NCBI GenBank assembly: GCA_012842575.1
Contig: DUSP01000144.1
Coordinates: 1 to 38,474 of the forward strand
Reading direction: 5' to 3'
Length of the DNA: 38,474 bases
From: Clostridia bacterium
GTDB taxonomy: Bacteria > Bacillota > Sulfobacillia > DUSP01
The position numbers were made by a program, and so were the translations under genes. The notes below the pieces were generated by a model that had not been told where the DNA came from, did no database searches, and saw only the letters and a program-made list of their open reading frames with translations. Below are positions 1-8,980 of this stretch, one piece after another (positions within the stretch are counted from its first letter, which is position 1; each line of letters begins with the position of its first letter).

Positions 1-1724
1 CCTATGAAGGTGAGGTCGCTCTCGACGGTTTCGGGCGTAACCTTCGAGGGCAGGTAGTCGAGGTGCCTGTATGCGAAGGCCATGACTCTCAGGGCTTCCC
101 GCGCCATTTTGAGCCCCTTCTCGTGCACCGAGCGCCTCGCATTTTCGTCGAAGGGGAGGAGCTCGCCGCCGGGGCCGAGGTGCCACTTGATGAGGCCGTA
201 CAGGGACTCGGGAGCGCCCTTCACGAAGGCCACGTAGCCTTCTTCGATCCAGTCGTCGGCGGCACCGTCCACGCGGTGAGGCTTTGGGGTCCTGTGGATG
301 GTGGTCATCCTCTTGCGTTCGGAGTCGAAGGGGATCTCGGCCGCCCTGGGGTAGTCCTCGAGGAGGCGCTCTCGATCGAGGCCCGCCTTCCTGCCGAGGA
401 CGAGGAGCGCTCCCTCGGTGGGATCGCCCACCACGTCCCACCTGCCGCTTTCGCCCTCCAGTAGGGAGGCGTCGTTGTTGAGCACACAGGCGCGAAGGAG
501 GAGGCGAAGGCATGGGTCGCCGAGGGGCGAAACGGGTACGGACCCCTCATCTGTACTCCTCAAAAACTCGCCGCTCGGCTCGTATCCCGAACCCGTGACC
601 CGCACCGTATCCCCCCACACCCCGGGGAGGACCGCCACGGCCGTCATCTGGTTTTGTGTTATGGTGCCGGTCTTGTCTGAGCAGATGACGGTGGTGCTTC
701 CAAGGGTCTCTACGGCGGAGAGCCTCCTTATGATGGCGTGCCTTTCGACCATTTTGCCCACACCGATGGCGAGGACTATGGTCACCACCGCAGGGAGGCC
801 TTCCGGTATCGCGGCCACGGCGAGGCTAACGGAGGTGAGGAATATGTCGACGACCGCCATGCCCCTGAGGAGGCCCAGAACGAACACCGCCGCCGATACG
901 AGGATGAAGGCCACGCCCAGGGCTTTCCCGAGGCCCGCGAGATCCCTCTGGAGGGGGGTCTTCTCCCGTTTCGCGGCGCTCAGAGCCTCCGCTATCTCCC
1001 CCATGGCGGTCTTCATCCCCGTCCTCACCACGACGCCCCGGCCGCGACCGTACACGACCGCGGTCCCCATGAAGACGGAGTTCGATCTCTCCCCTAAGGA
1101 GGCGTCGGGGGCGAGGACGGCCTCCGCGTCCTTCTCGACGGGGAAAGACTCGCCCGTAAGGGGGGCTTCGTCCACCTTCAACGTCTTGGCCTCGAGGAGG
1201 CGAAGGTCGGCAGGGACCTTGTCCCCGGCAGAAAGGAGCACCAGGTCTCCGGGTACAAGGGAAGAGGCGGGTACGCTCCTTGACCTTCCGTCCCTTATGA
1301 CGGTGGCCTTCGGAGCGGACAGGTTCTTCAAGCGTTCCAGGGACTTTTCAGCCTTGGACTCTTGGACGATCCCGAGGAAGGCATTCAGTACGACTATTCC
1401 GATGATCACGAGGGAGTCCACGATTTCCCCTACGGCCGCCGAGATGACGCTGGCGGCGATGAGGATCAAGACCAGGAAGTCCCCGAGCTGCTCGGCGAGC
1501 CTCATGAGGAGGGTCTTTGGCGGGGCCTCGGCCAGTTCGTTAGGGCCAAAGCGCAAAAGGCGTGAGGAAGCCTCCGCCTCTGTCAATCCCGCCAGGGAAT
1601 GGGTATTGAGGTGTTCTAAGACCCGGTCGAGGGGGACGGAGTGCCAGGCGCTGACCGGCAACCCTTCGGCCTCATTGTGCCGTAGTTGTCGCGCTTCTCC
1701 TCTCTCACCGTGGCGATCCGCCAT
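1..1724 (-). CDS. Cation-transporting P-type ATPase (type IIA, Ca2+-ATPase-like); 3' part lies beyond the left edge
   Basis: Absent from the ORF track because there is no in-window stop. Manual minus-strand translation from ATG 1724 gives MADRHG...WHSVPLDRVLEHL...GLTEAEASSRLLRFGPNEL, phosphorylation motif ICSDKTGT (686-663) and FDSERKRMTT...KGAPE. Exact start uncertain. Confidence 0.93.
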   Translation of the reverse strand, partial: MADRHGERGEARQLRHNEAEGLPVSAWHSVPLDRVLEHLNTHSLAGLTEAEASSRLLRFGPNELAEAPPKTLLMRLAEQLGDFLVLILIAASVISAAVGEIVDSLVIIGIVVLNAFLGIVQESKAEKSLERLKNLSAPKATVIRDGRSRSVPASSLVPGDLVLLSAGDKVPADLRLLEAKTLKVDEAPLTGESFPVEKDAEAVLAPDASLGERSNSVFMGTAVVYGRGRGVVVRTGMKTAMGEIAEALSAAKREKTPLQRDLAGLGKALGVAFILVSAAVFVLGLLRGMAVVDIFLTSVSLAVAAIPEGLPAVVTIVLAIGVGKMVERHAIIRRLSAVETLGSTTVICSDKTGTITQNQMTAVAVLPGVWGDTVRVTGSGYEPSGEFLRSTDEGSVPVSPLGDPCLRLLLRACVLNNDASLLEGESGRWDVVGDPTEGALLVLGRKAGLDRERLLEDYPRAAEIPFDSERKRMTTIHRTPKPHRVDGAADDWIEEGYVAFVKGAPESLYGLIKWHLGPGGELLPFDENARRSVHEKGLKMAREALRVMAFAYRHLDYLPSKVTPETVESDLTFI

Positions 1725-1944
1725 ATTATGACAATCCGCCATATCGCCACGATATGTGAAGTCGGTTGGATCCTTCTTGTCCAGGGAGGCCCCGCGTGAC
1801 GTTGCCGAGTCCCCTTTAAGTGCCAAAACCGGTCCCTGTCTTTCTTCTACCCACGCTTGTCCGCGCTCAAGGTTTATGCGCGCTCGGACTTTTATCCACT
1901 ATCCACGCTTACTTTTATTCACGCTCAGAGCGACTAAAGCGACT

Positions 1945-3084
1945 CTAGTATTTGCTCAAAAGCCTCCACAACCCCGGATCCTCGAGGCCGAGCCTCCAGA
2001 CCGCCACTCCCCCTAACCCGAATTTCCGTGCCAGGGCTATCTTGAAGGCGGCGCTGTATTTGTTCTCGAAGTACACTGTGTGTTCTTGGGTGCCGCGCCA
2101 GTATTTGAAATATGGGACTTGCGCCCAGTCGTCCCAAATTATCGTCGCTCCGGAAGATCTGGCAACCTCGGCTAGGTAAGGTGCACCGAGCATGCGGCCC
2201 ATTCCCACTGCCTTGCCGTTAGAGGTAGGCCAGTCATATCCGTATGCGGCAAGACCGAGGAGTATACGGTCGGGCGAAATGGCCCTCGTGGCGTATTTTA
2301 ACACGCTTTGGACCCAAGTAAAAGATGCTATCGGTCCCGGATCTCCACCGACCCAATGTTCGTCATAGGCCATGATGACTACCTTGTCGGCAATCCGTCC
2401 GATCCTGGCGTAGTCGAAGGCCCCGGTCCACTGGTCTTTGGGTGCATCGTACGTCTTCCCGGGCATGCATACCGTCAGGAGCTTCCCGCTGCCACGCATT
2501 TTCTGGGCGAGCTCCGCCAGGAAGGCGACGTATTCATCTCTCAGGGCCGGATCGATGTTTTCGAGGTCCACGTTCACTCCGTCATATCCGTACTCCTTTA
2601 GGATCCACACTATGCTGCCGCTGGCCGCACCCCGGGTGTTGGGGTCCGCCAAGATGTCAGAAGCCACCTGGCGTGAAAAGCCCCCGCCTATGAAGTTATG
2701 AACCACTGCCAGTACCTTAAGGCCGTTTTTCCTTGCGAGTCTCATGAGGGAAGCGTCGGGCTTCCCTCCGATAAGCCCCCGTCCGTTAATGGGGTGAAGG
2801 AAGGCCGCAACCGCGTCAATGGCGCCACTGCCGGCGTCGGTAGAGAGGGATGCATAGGCGGCCCGGTCGTAAGGAGAGTCTGAGGCATAATAGGCCAACA
2901 CCGCGAAGCGATCCTTATCCTGGTACGTCATCCCGGAGGAACCGGTGCGCGAGGCAGTAACGAGACCACCGACGACCAGGATCGAGCACAGACTCATTAT
3001 CATGCATAAACCCATTATGAAACCCGTTATGACGGCACCGGTTTTCAGCGGCAGTCGACGCAGTGTTTTGCACCCCTTCGCCAT
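1945..3084 (-). CDS. GH18 glycoside hydrolase (YaaH/YdhD spore-cortex-hydrolase-like) with N-terminal membrane anchor or signal, no LysM seen
   Basis: Catalytic DGVNVDLE, IMAYDEH, LGLAAYGYDW and C-terminal GVAVWRLGLED; hydrophobic N-terminus. Confidence 0.88.
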   Translation of the reverse strand: MAKGCKTLRRLPLKTGAVITGFIMGLCMIMSLCSILVVGGLVTASRTGSSGMTYQDKDRFAVLAYYASDSPYDRAAYASLSTDAGSGAIDAVAAFLHPINGRGLIGGKPDASLMRLARKNGLKVLAVVHNFIGGGFSRQVASDILADPNTRGAASGSIVWILKEYGYDGVNVDLENIDPALRDEYVAFLAELAQKMRGSGKLLTVCMPGKTYDAPKDQWTGAFDYARIGRIADKVVIMAYDEHWVGGDPGPIASFTWVQSVLKYATRAISPDRILLGLAAYGYDWPTSNGKAVGMGRMLGAPYLAEVARSSGATIIWDDWAQVPYFKYWRGTQEHTVYFENKYSAAFKIALARKFGLGGVAVWRLGLEDPGLWRLLSKY

Positions 3085-3286
3085 GTGATGGTATGGGTTC
3101 GTCGGTATCGGCTCGTCGCCACTTCAAGGAACTTCCTGAGAACCCTTTATTACCTGTTATGGTGTGACGTGTCGATTTTACATGGTTTTCCCACGTATTC
3201 CAAATGCCCCTACGGCTGAAAAGCGGGCAGGTGCATTCGGGTTTGATGGTTTATGTAAACACCCTCGTGGACCCGCCGATTTTGGT

Positions 3287-3315
3287 TTGGCTTTAGCCGT
3301 TAAAGGGGATATAGT
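3287..3315 (+). promoter_or_regulatory. Putative sigmaA promoter for the aldo/keto reductase
   Basis: TTGGCT-17 nt-TATAGT. Confidence 0.5.
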
Positions 3316-3402
3316 TATATATGGTAAAAAGACTTTCCAAGGGAAGAGCTTTTTGAGGGAAAAGCCTCCAAAAGGCCGGTCGACAATAGCGGGGGGATCT
3401 CG

Positions 3403-4437
3403 TTGCAAAAAAGGCGACTTGGCAGAACTGAGTTAATCGTCCCCATCTTGGGTTTCGGAGGCATTCCGATTGGCGAAAGATGCACCGCCGAAGAAGCAGA
3501 ACGCACTTTGCGCGCCGCCCTCGAAGAAGGTATAGTGTTCTACGATACCGCACGGGCGTATAAGGAAAGCGAAGCCAGGATCGGTAAGGCTTTTAAAAAA
3601 GTCCGGGAAAAAGTCATACTGGCAACAAAAAGCAGAGAAAGGACGCAATCCGCTATCTTACGCGAGATCGACGCAAGCCTGAGCGACCTCGCCACCGACT
3701 ACATCGATCTGTATCAGCTCCACGCGGTAGACAGCGAAGACGACCTGGAGGCGGTTTTGAGTGAGGACGGCGCTCTCCAGGGACTGAAGCGCGCCCGACA
3801 AAGGGGCAAAATCCGCTTCATCGGCGTGACGGGGCATAACCCGGAGATCCTGATCAAGGCATGTAAGACCGGCGAATTCGACACCGTGCAGGTTCCCGTA
3901 AACATCTTAGATCGCTTCATATTCCGCCCCGAAGAAGCGCTTTTGCCGACCGCGCGGTCTATGGACATGGGAGTAATCGCCATGAAGCCCCTCGCCGGCG
4001 GAACCATCAAAGAGCTGGATCTTGCCTTGAGGTATACCTTGAGTCAGGATATCGATGTCGCCATTCCCGGAATGGGTTCGATAAAGGAGGTCTTGGATAA
4101 CGTCGGAGTAGCCCGGCGGTTCGAACCCCTCGATGAGGCAAGTTTTGATCGACTCCTGAAAGAGGCGAAGGCCCTGGGCACCGAAGTATGCCGTCAGTGC
4201 GGGTATTGCCAGCCCTGCCCTCAAGGCATTGAAATCAGAGAGGTCTTTAGACTGGAAGGGATGTTCGACCGATACGAACAAAAAGAGCCGGCACGCGTCG
4301 GATTCAGAAACCTCATCGATTCCGGCTCTAATCCCGCGGAATGCGCCGAGTGCGGTGAATGCGAACAAAGGTGCCCGTACCACCTCCCAATCAGGAGGAA
4401 ACTGAAGAAAGCCGTAGAGAAGTTTCTGAGGGCATAG
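3403..4437 (+). CDS. Aldo/keto reductase with C-terminal 4Fe-4S dicluster domain
   Basis: RRLGRT..LGFGG, YDTARAY, ILATK, DYIDLYQLH; CRQCGYCQPCP and CAECGECEQRCP. Confidence 0.92.
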   Translation: MQKRRLGRTELIVPILGFGGIPIGERCTAEEAERTLRAALEEGIVFYDTARAYKESEARIGKAFKKVREKVILATKSRERTQSAILREIDASLSDLATDYIDLYQLHAVDSEDDLEAVLSEDGALQGLKRARQRGKIRFIGVTGHNPEILIKACKTGEFDTVQVPVNILDRFIFRPEEALLPTARSMDMGVIAMKPLAGGTIKELDLALRYTLSQDIDVAIPGMGSIKEVLDNVGVARRFEPLDEASFDRLLKEAKALGTEVCRQCGYCQPCPQGIEIREVFRLEGMFDRYEQKEPARVGFRNLIDSGSNPAECAECGECEQRCPYHLPIRRKLKKAVEKFLRA

Positions 4438-4527
4438 GCGAACTCCCCGAGGGTATGGGCGTCAAAAGCCAACGGAAAATATTCCGCTATGTTCGCGAGT
4501 TTTTCTGGACGCTTTCTGACATAAGCA

Positions 4528-5739
4528 TTGAAATGCCGAGAAGAAATTCCACATGGAGAGGAGCTCGACGAAATGACGGCTGGTTTGTCAGATGTTCAGT
4601 TGTCGGATGGTCAAATGAAGTTCTCCAAAATGCGGGCCTCGGAGTCGTCCTCATCCCCGATCTACTATTTGAACGGTATCGTGACCACAGGCGAACCGCC
4701 TGCGGTTTCCGTGGAAGACCGGGGTTTTTTCTTCGGAGACGGCATATATGAAGTCATCAGAGTTTATGACGGTAAGCCCTTCTGCCTGCCACAACACCTG
4801 GAGCGACTTCAAAAGAGCGCGAGGGCCGTCGAGCTCGATCTCGACGCTGAACCCCAGCGCCTGTCTCCGACGGCGTTGACTGCCTTGATAAGCGACTTAA
4901 TACGCCAGGGAGGATTTGGTGACGCCAGCATCTACCTTCAACTGACGAGGGGGCAAGCTCCCCGAAACCACGTATACCCCCCTAAAGGTACGCCGCCGAC
5001 TCTATACATCACCATCAAACCGACACCACGACAGCCCGCCGAGATTCTCCAAAACGGGATACGCTGCATAACTGTGGAGGACCTGAGATGGTGGAGGTGT
5101 GACGTCAAGACCTTAAATCTGCTATACAACGTAATGGCCCGCAACAAAGCCACCGAGTATGGCGCGTATGAGGCCATACTCTATAGGGTATTCCCCGTCA
5201 TGAGGAGGCCTCACCCGTCCAGCAAGAGGACATCGGCGGAAGACCGGCTCGTCCAAACCCCTACCGAATGCACTTTTGGCCTTCCAGAGATTCGGATCGC
5301 CCCTGTCCCCATAAACGAATCAAGGGGGAACGGTTGCTGGGGCAGGATGCTCGGGTCGCAGGAAAAGATGCTCGAGTCACAAGGAAACCCACTTGCAGAC
5401 CATTATACCGAGGTAACCGAAGCCAGTTCTGCCAACATCTTTGCAGTGGTGGATGGGAAACTGATTACCCATCCTGCCGATAACCTCATACTCCATGGGG
5501 TAGTGCGCCAGACGGTCATCGAGCTTTGCAGACGCAACGGTATAGAAGTAGTCGAGCGACCCTTCGGCCTCGCCGAACTGGCTCGAGCATCAGAGGCTTT
5601 TCTTACGGGAACTATTCTCGAGATAGCGCCCGTGGTGAATATCGACGGTAAGCCCGTAGCGAACGGTATGCCCGGACCTATAACCCTCGCAGTCGCACAC
5701 CTTTATAAAGAATCATACGAACGAGGCTTTGCATTTTAG
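4528..5739 (+). CDS. Class IV PLP aminotransferase (D-amino-acid aminotransferase-like) with a large internal insertion
   Basis: EDRGFFFGDGIYEV, HLERL, RCDVKTLNLL (PLP lysine), TEASSANIF, ILHGVVR, EAFLTGT. Start may instead be 4573 or 4615. Confidence 0.88.
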   Translation: MKCREEIPHGEELDEMTAGLSDVQLSDGQMKFSKMRASESSSSPIYYLNGIVTTGEPPAVSVEDRGFFFGDGIYEVIRVYDGKPFCLPQHLERLQKSARAVELDLDAEPQRLSPTALTALISDLIRQGGFGDASIYLQLTRGQAPRNHVYPPKGTPPTLYITIKPTPRQPAEILQNGIRCITVEDLRWWRCDVKTLNLLYNVMARNKATEYGAYEAILYRVFPVMRRPHPSSKRTSAEDRLVQTPTECTFGLPEIRIAPVPINESRGNGCWGRMLGSQEKMLESQGNPLADHYTEVTEASSANIFAVVDGKLITHPADNLILHGVVRQTVIELCRRNGIEVVERPFGLAELARASEAFLTGTILEIAPVVNIDGKPVANGMPGPITLAVAHLYKESYERGFAF

Positions 5740-5839
5740 TCTTCCCCTTTGGGAAACCTTCGAAAAGAGGCGTTCACCGAGGTATTCGAGGTATTCGCTT
5801 GCTTAAGAGGAAGTCACTTTGGGGGGCGGGGGGGTTAGT

Positions 5840-6619
5840 GTGCCGGTCAGGATAACGAGGGATCTATTCGGTCTCGACGGTAAAGTGGCCATCGTAACCG
5901 GCGGCAGCCGGGGCATAGGCAAGGCCGCAGCAAAGGGACTCGCCGTTTTCGGAGCCGACGTGGCCATACTGGGAAGAAGCCCCAAGACCGAAGAAACGGT
6001 TTCGGAGATACAAGCCTTGGGGCGGAGGGCGATTTTCATTCCCACGGATGTTGGAGACGTCGACCAGGCAAGGTCAGGTGTCGAGCGGGTGGTCCGGGAA
6101 TTCGGTACGGTAGATATCCTGGTGAACAATGCCGGTATCGCCAGCGTGGCACCCGCCGAAGAGGTCACCCCTGAAGAATGGGATTCTATAATGGCCGTTA
6201 ACCTTCGCGGGATGTTCTTTATGGCGCAGGCCGTAGCAAAAGTCCTCATTTCCCAGAGAAAACCCGGGCGGATCATCAACATAGGCAGTATATACGGGAT
6301 CGTGGGTAGCGAAATCGGCGCAAGCATCTACCACGCCACCAAGGGAGGGATCGTCAACCTCACCCGCGCCCTCGCCTGCGAGTGGGCACGTTACGGGATT
6401 CTCGTAAACTGTATCGGCCCGGGCTTCATAGTCACGGATATGACTCAGGGAGTCCGCGAAGATCCCGGTCTTAAGCGCGCAATCGAGAACCGGCACGCCT
6501 TGAAACGGTTTGGTACTCCCGAAGAGATCGTCGGCGCAGTGGTGTTCCTGGCGAGCGACGCTTCTACTTTCGTCACCGGCGAGAATCTCTTCGTCGATGG
6601 GGGTTACACCGCCTGGTAA
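5840..6619 (+). CDS. Classical short-chain dehydrogenase/reductase (gluconate-5-dehydrogenase/KduD-like)
   Basis: TGGSRGIG, NNAG, YHATK, VNCIGPG, VDGGYTAW; GTG 5840 follows a G-rich RBS. Confidence 0.9.
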   Translation: MPVRITRDLFGLDGKVAIVTGGSRGIGKAAAKGLAVFGADVAILGRSPKTEETVSEIQALGRRAIFIPTDVGDVDQARSGVERVVREFGTVDILVNNAGIASVAPAEEVTPEEWDSIMAVNLRGMFFMAQAVAKVLISQRKPGRIINIGSIYGIVGSEIGASIYHATKGGIVNLTRALACEWARYGILVNCIGPGFIVTDMTQGVREDPGLKRAIENRHALKRFGTPEEIVGAVVFLASDASTFVTGENLFVDGGYTAW

Positions 6620-6842
6620 AGTTAGGGGTTGACGAAGAACGATCGAGTGGCCCCCAAATCACCCATGAGGCTGGGTATGGGGCGAGACTGGCCTGGCCAC
6701 CTTCTGCATTGAGCGTCCTTATTAACCTACGAGACCGGATTGAGGATGGAAAGGACTTCTCGCCTGCCCGCGCCAGCCAGTACCTGGATTTTGCCTATGA
6801 GACCGTATATGAGGGTTAGAAAGGGAAGGCGATGCGCAGGGT

Positions 6843-8459
6843 TTGAAGGAAAGCTCGTCCTCAACTAATTTGACCTCCCCAGATAACGCAACCTCCTCAA
6901 ACCGCGGCCTGCGGCGCGGCCTCAAAGCCCGCCACCTCGCCATGATATCCATCGGTGGAGTGATCGGGGTGGGCATGTTCCTGGGAAGCGGCGCTACTGT
7001 GCGCCTCGGGGGACCAGGGGTGGTTTTCTCTTATTTACTCGGCGGCGTCATAATGATGCTGGTCATGGTCGCCCTCGGAGAAATGTCCGTCGCTTACCCG
7101 GTCGCCGGCTCGTTTCGAACCTATGCCGCCGAATTTCTTCACCCCTACTTCGGCTTTACCGTGGGTTGGATATATTGGCTTTCGTGGCTCGTCGTCATGT
7201 CGGCAGAAATAGTCGCCGCTACGACCTATATGTCCTTTTGGTTCCCTCGTGGCATGACGTGGATCTTTGGGCTTTTATTCGCCCTGGCCATGACCGTGGT
7301 AAACGTGAGGTCAGTGGAGTCATTCGGCGAATTCGAGTTTTGGTTTAGCCTCATCAAAGTCATGGCCATCCTGGCGTTCATAGCCGTAGGCGCCATGGCC
7401 ATTTTGGGAATAGTGATAAAGCCTGCACTAGGTCTTTCCAATTACACCGGGTACGGCGGGTTCTTTCCCAACGGGTTGAGGGGGGTCTTCCTGGCCATGG
7501 TCATGGTGATGGTGGCTTACGGCGGCACAGAGGTAATCGGAGTGGCGGCGGCCGAGACCCGGGATCCCGAGAAAAACGTGCCCAAGGCGATTAACGGTAT
7601 CGTGGCAAGAACCCTCATCCTCTACGTGGGTTCGATGACGATCCTCGTGGGGACCATTCCGTGGATGAGGGTAGGTTTAGGGGGAAGCCCATTCGTCAAG
7701 GTATTCACCCTACTCGGGATCCCTGCCGCCCCCCACATCATGAACCTGGTGGTGATCTCGGCGGCGCTTTCCTCCATGAACAGCGGTTTATACACGAGCT
7801 CGAGGATGCTATATTCCCTGGCCGAAGTGGGTTTTGCCCCAAGGGCTCTTGCGGTAACAAATCCCAAGACTAAGGTCCCGGCAAGATGCGTCCTCATATC
7901 GACGGCATCGCTTTACCTGGGCGTCCTGGCATACCACCTTTCACCGGCAGGCGCGTTCCTATACATCACTGGTATAGCGGCTTTTGGATTCCTCTTTTCG
8001 TGGTTGGTCATATCCCTCTCCCACATATACTTCAGGCGTTCTTTTGTTAAAACCCACGGTGTCAAAGCGCTTAAGTACAAGATGCCGGGTTACCCTTACA
8101 CTTCATGGTTCGCGCTGGGCGCCATGGTCGTGATCATCGCCACTCTGTGGTTCATCCCCCAACAAAGAGCCGGGCTCCTCTCCGGTCTTGTCCTGCTCGC
8201 CGGGGTGAGCGCTTATTGGCTTTTTCTCACGCGGGAACATACCCTCGCCGGCGGAAGGGTCCCCGCGCCGTTGGCTTGGCTCGAGCGGGCGGGAAGACCT
8301 GGTCCGGTGCTTGGACAGAATATGCTCCTTCGGAGAGAAGGGTCAAGGGAAACGCTCGAGACCCCCGGAGACCTCCCTCCCGTGGCATTCAGCGCACTCG
8401 GTCTCGCTTCATTTTACGGGCTCGAAGATGAACTCGAAGATAGGTCGACCGGCTTTTAA
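6843..8459 (+). CDS. APC-superfamily amino acid permease (AAT/GabP-AroP-like)
   Basis: LKARHLAMISIGGVIGVGMFLGSG, GEFEFWFSLIKV, AYGGTE, SSMNSGLYTSSRML; about 12 hydrophobic segments. Confidence 0.93.
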   Translation: MKESSSSTNLTSPDNATSSNRGLRRGLKARHLAMISIGGVIGVGMFLGSGATVRLGGPGVVFSYLLGGVIMMLVMVALGEMSVAYPVAGSFRTYAAEFLHPYFGFTVGWIYWLSWLVVMSAEIVAATTYMSFWFPRGMTWIFGLLFALAMTVVNVRSVESFGEFEFWFSLIKVMAILAFIAVGAMAILGIVIKPALGLSNYTGYGGFFPNGLRGVFLAMVMVMVAYGGTEVIGVAAAETRDPEKNVPKAINGIVARTLILYVGSMTILVGTIPWMRVGLGGSPFVKVFTLLGIPAAPHIMNLVVISAALSSMNSGLYTSSRMLYSLAEVGFAPRALAVTNPKTKVPARCVLISTASLYLGVLAYHLSPAGAFLYITGIAAFGFLFSWLVISLSHIYFRRSFVKTHGVKALKYKMPGYPYTSWFALGAMVVIIATLWFIPQQRAGLLSGLVLLAGVSAYWLFLTREHTLAGGRVPAPLAWLERAGRPGPVLGQNMLLRREGSRETLETPGDLPPVAFSALGLASFYGLEDELEDRSTGF

Positions 8460-8965
8460 GTACTTGCCTTCGCCGGCACAGGCCCCCGTCCAAGCGTTAT
8501 ACGCCCCGTCCGGGCCAGCTCTATGATGCCGTAGTCTTTGAGGATGTCGAGTAAGGCGTCTATTTTGGTTTCCTCTCCGCTCATTTCGATGACGAGGGCT
8601 TCCTTATGGACGTCTACGATTTTCGCCCTGAAGATTTCCACGATATCGATAATGCTGCGACGCCGTTCTTCGGGTGCCGCTACCTTGATCAGAGCGAGTT
8701 CCCTGTGAACGCAGTTGCCGGAAGTCATATCCGCTATCTTTATGACGTCTACCAGCTTCCCGAGCTGGCTCGTCACCTGTCCCAAGGTGTCTTCATTCCC
8801 CCTGACGACCAGGGTGATTCTGGTGACGTCAGGCTCCTCCGTCGGCCCGGCCGCGATGCTCTCGATGTTAAAGGCCCGGCGGCTCAAAAGTCCCGATATC
8901 CTCGCCAAAACCCCGGGCCTGTTTTCGACCAGTACCGCAAGGGTGTGGATGGTTTCGGAATTCAT
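8456..8965 (-). CDS. ilvN: Acetolactate synthase small (regulatory) subunit
   Basis: LVENRPGVLARISGLLSRRAFNIESI, RELALIKV, ELARTG. Confidence 0.96.
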   Translation of the reverse strand: MNSETIHTLAVLVENRPGVLARISGLLSRRAFNIESIAAGPTEEPDVTRITLVVRGNEDTLGQVTSQLGKLVDVIKIADMTSGNCVHRELALIKVAAPEERRRSIIDIVEIFRAKIVDVHKEALVIEMSGEETKIDALLDILKDYGIIELARTGRITLGRGPVPAKAST

Positions 8966-8980
8966 CGTCTTTACTTCACC

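Noticed and set aside
418-1731. 437-aa plus-strand ORF
   Set aside because: Antisense shadow of the minus-strand P-type ATPase; no motifs of its own.
5188-5409. Mini-intein or intron in the aminotransferase
   Set aside because: No intein terminal residues, too short, and no group I/II intron signatures.
6620-6842. Possible amino-acid riboswitch or 36-aa leader ORF (TTG 6709-TAG 6819) before the permease
   Set aside because: No lysine, glycine, SAM or T-box consensus could be matched, and the ORF has no RBS.
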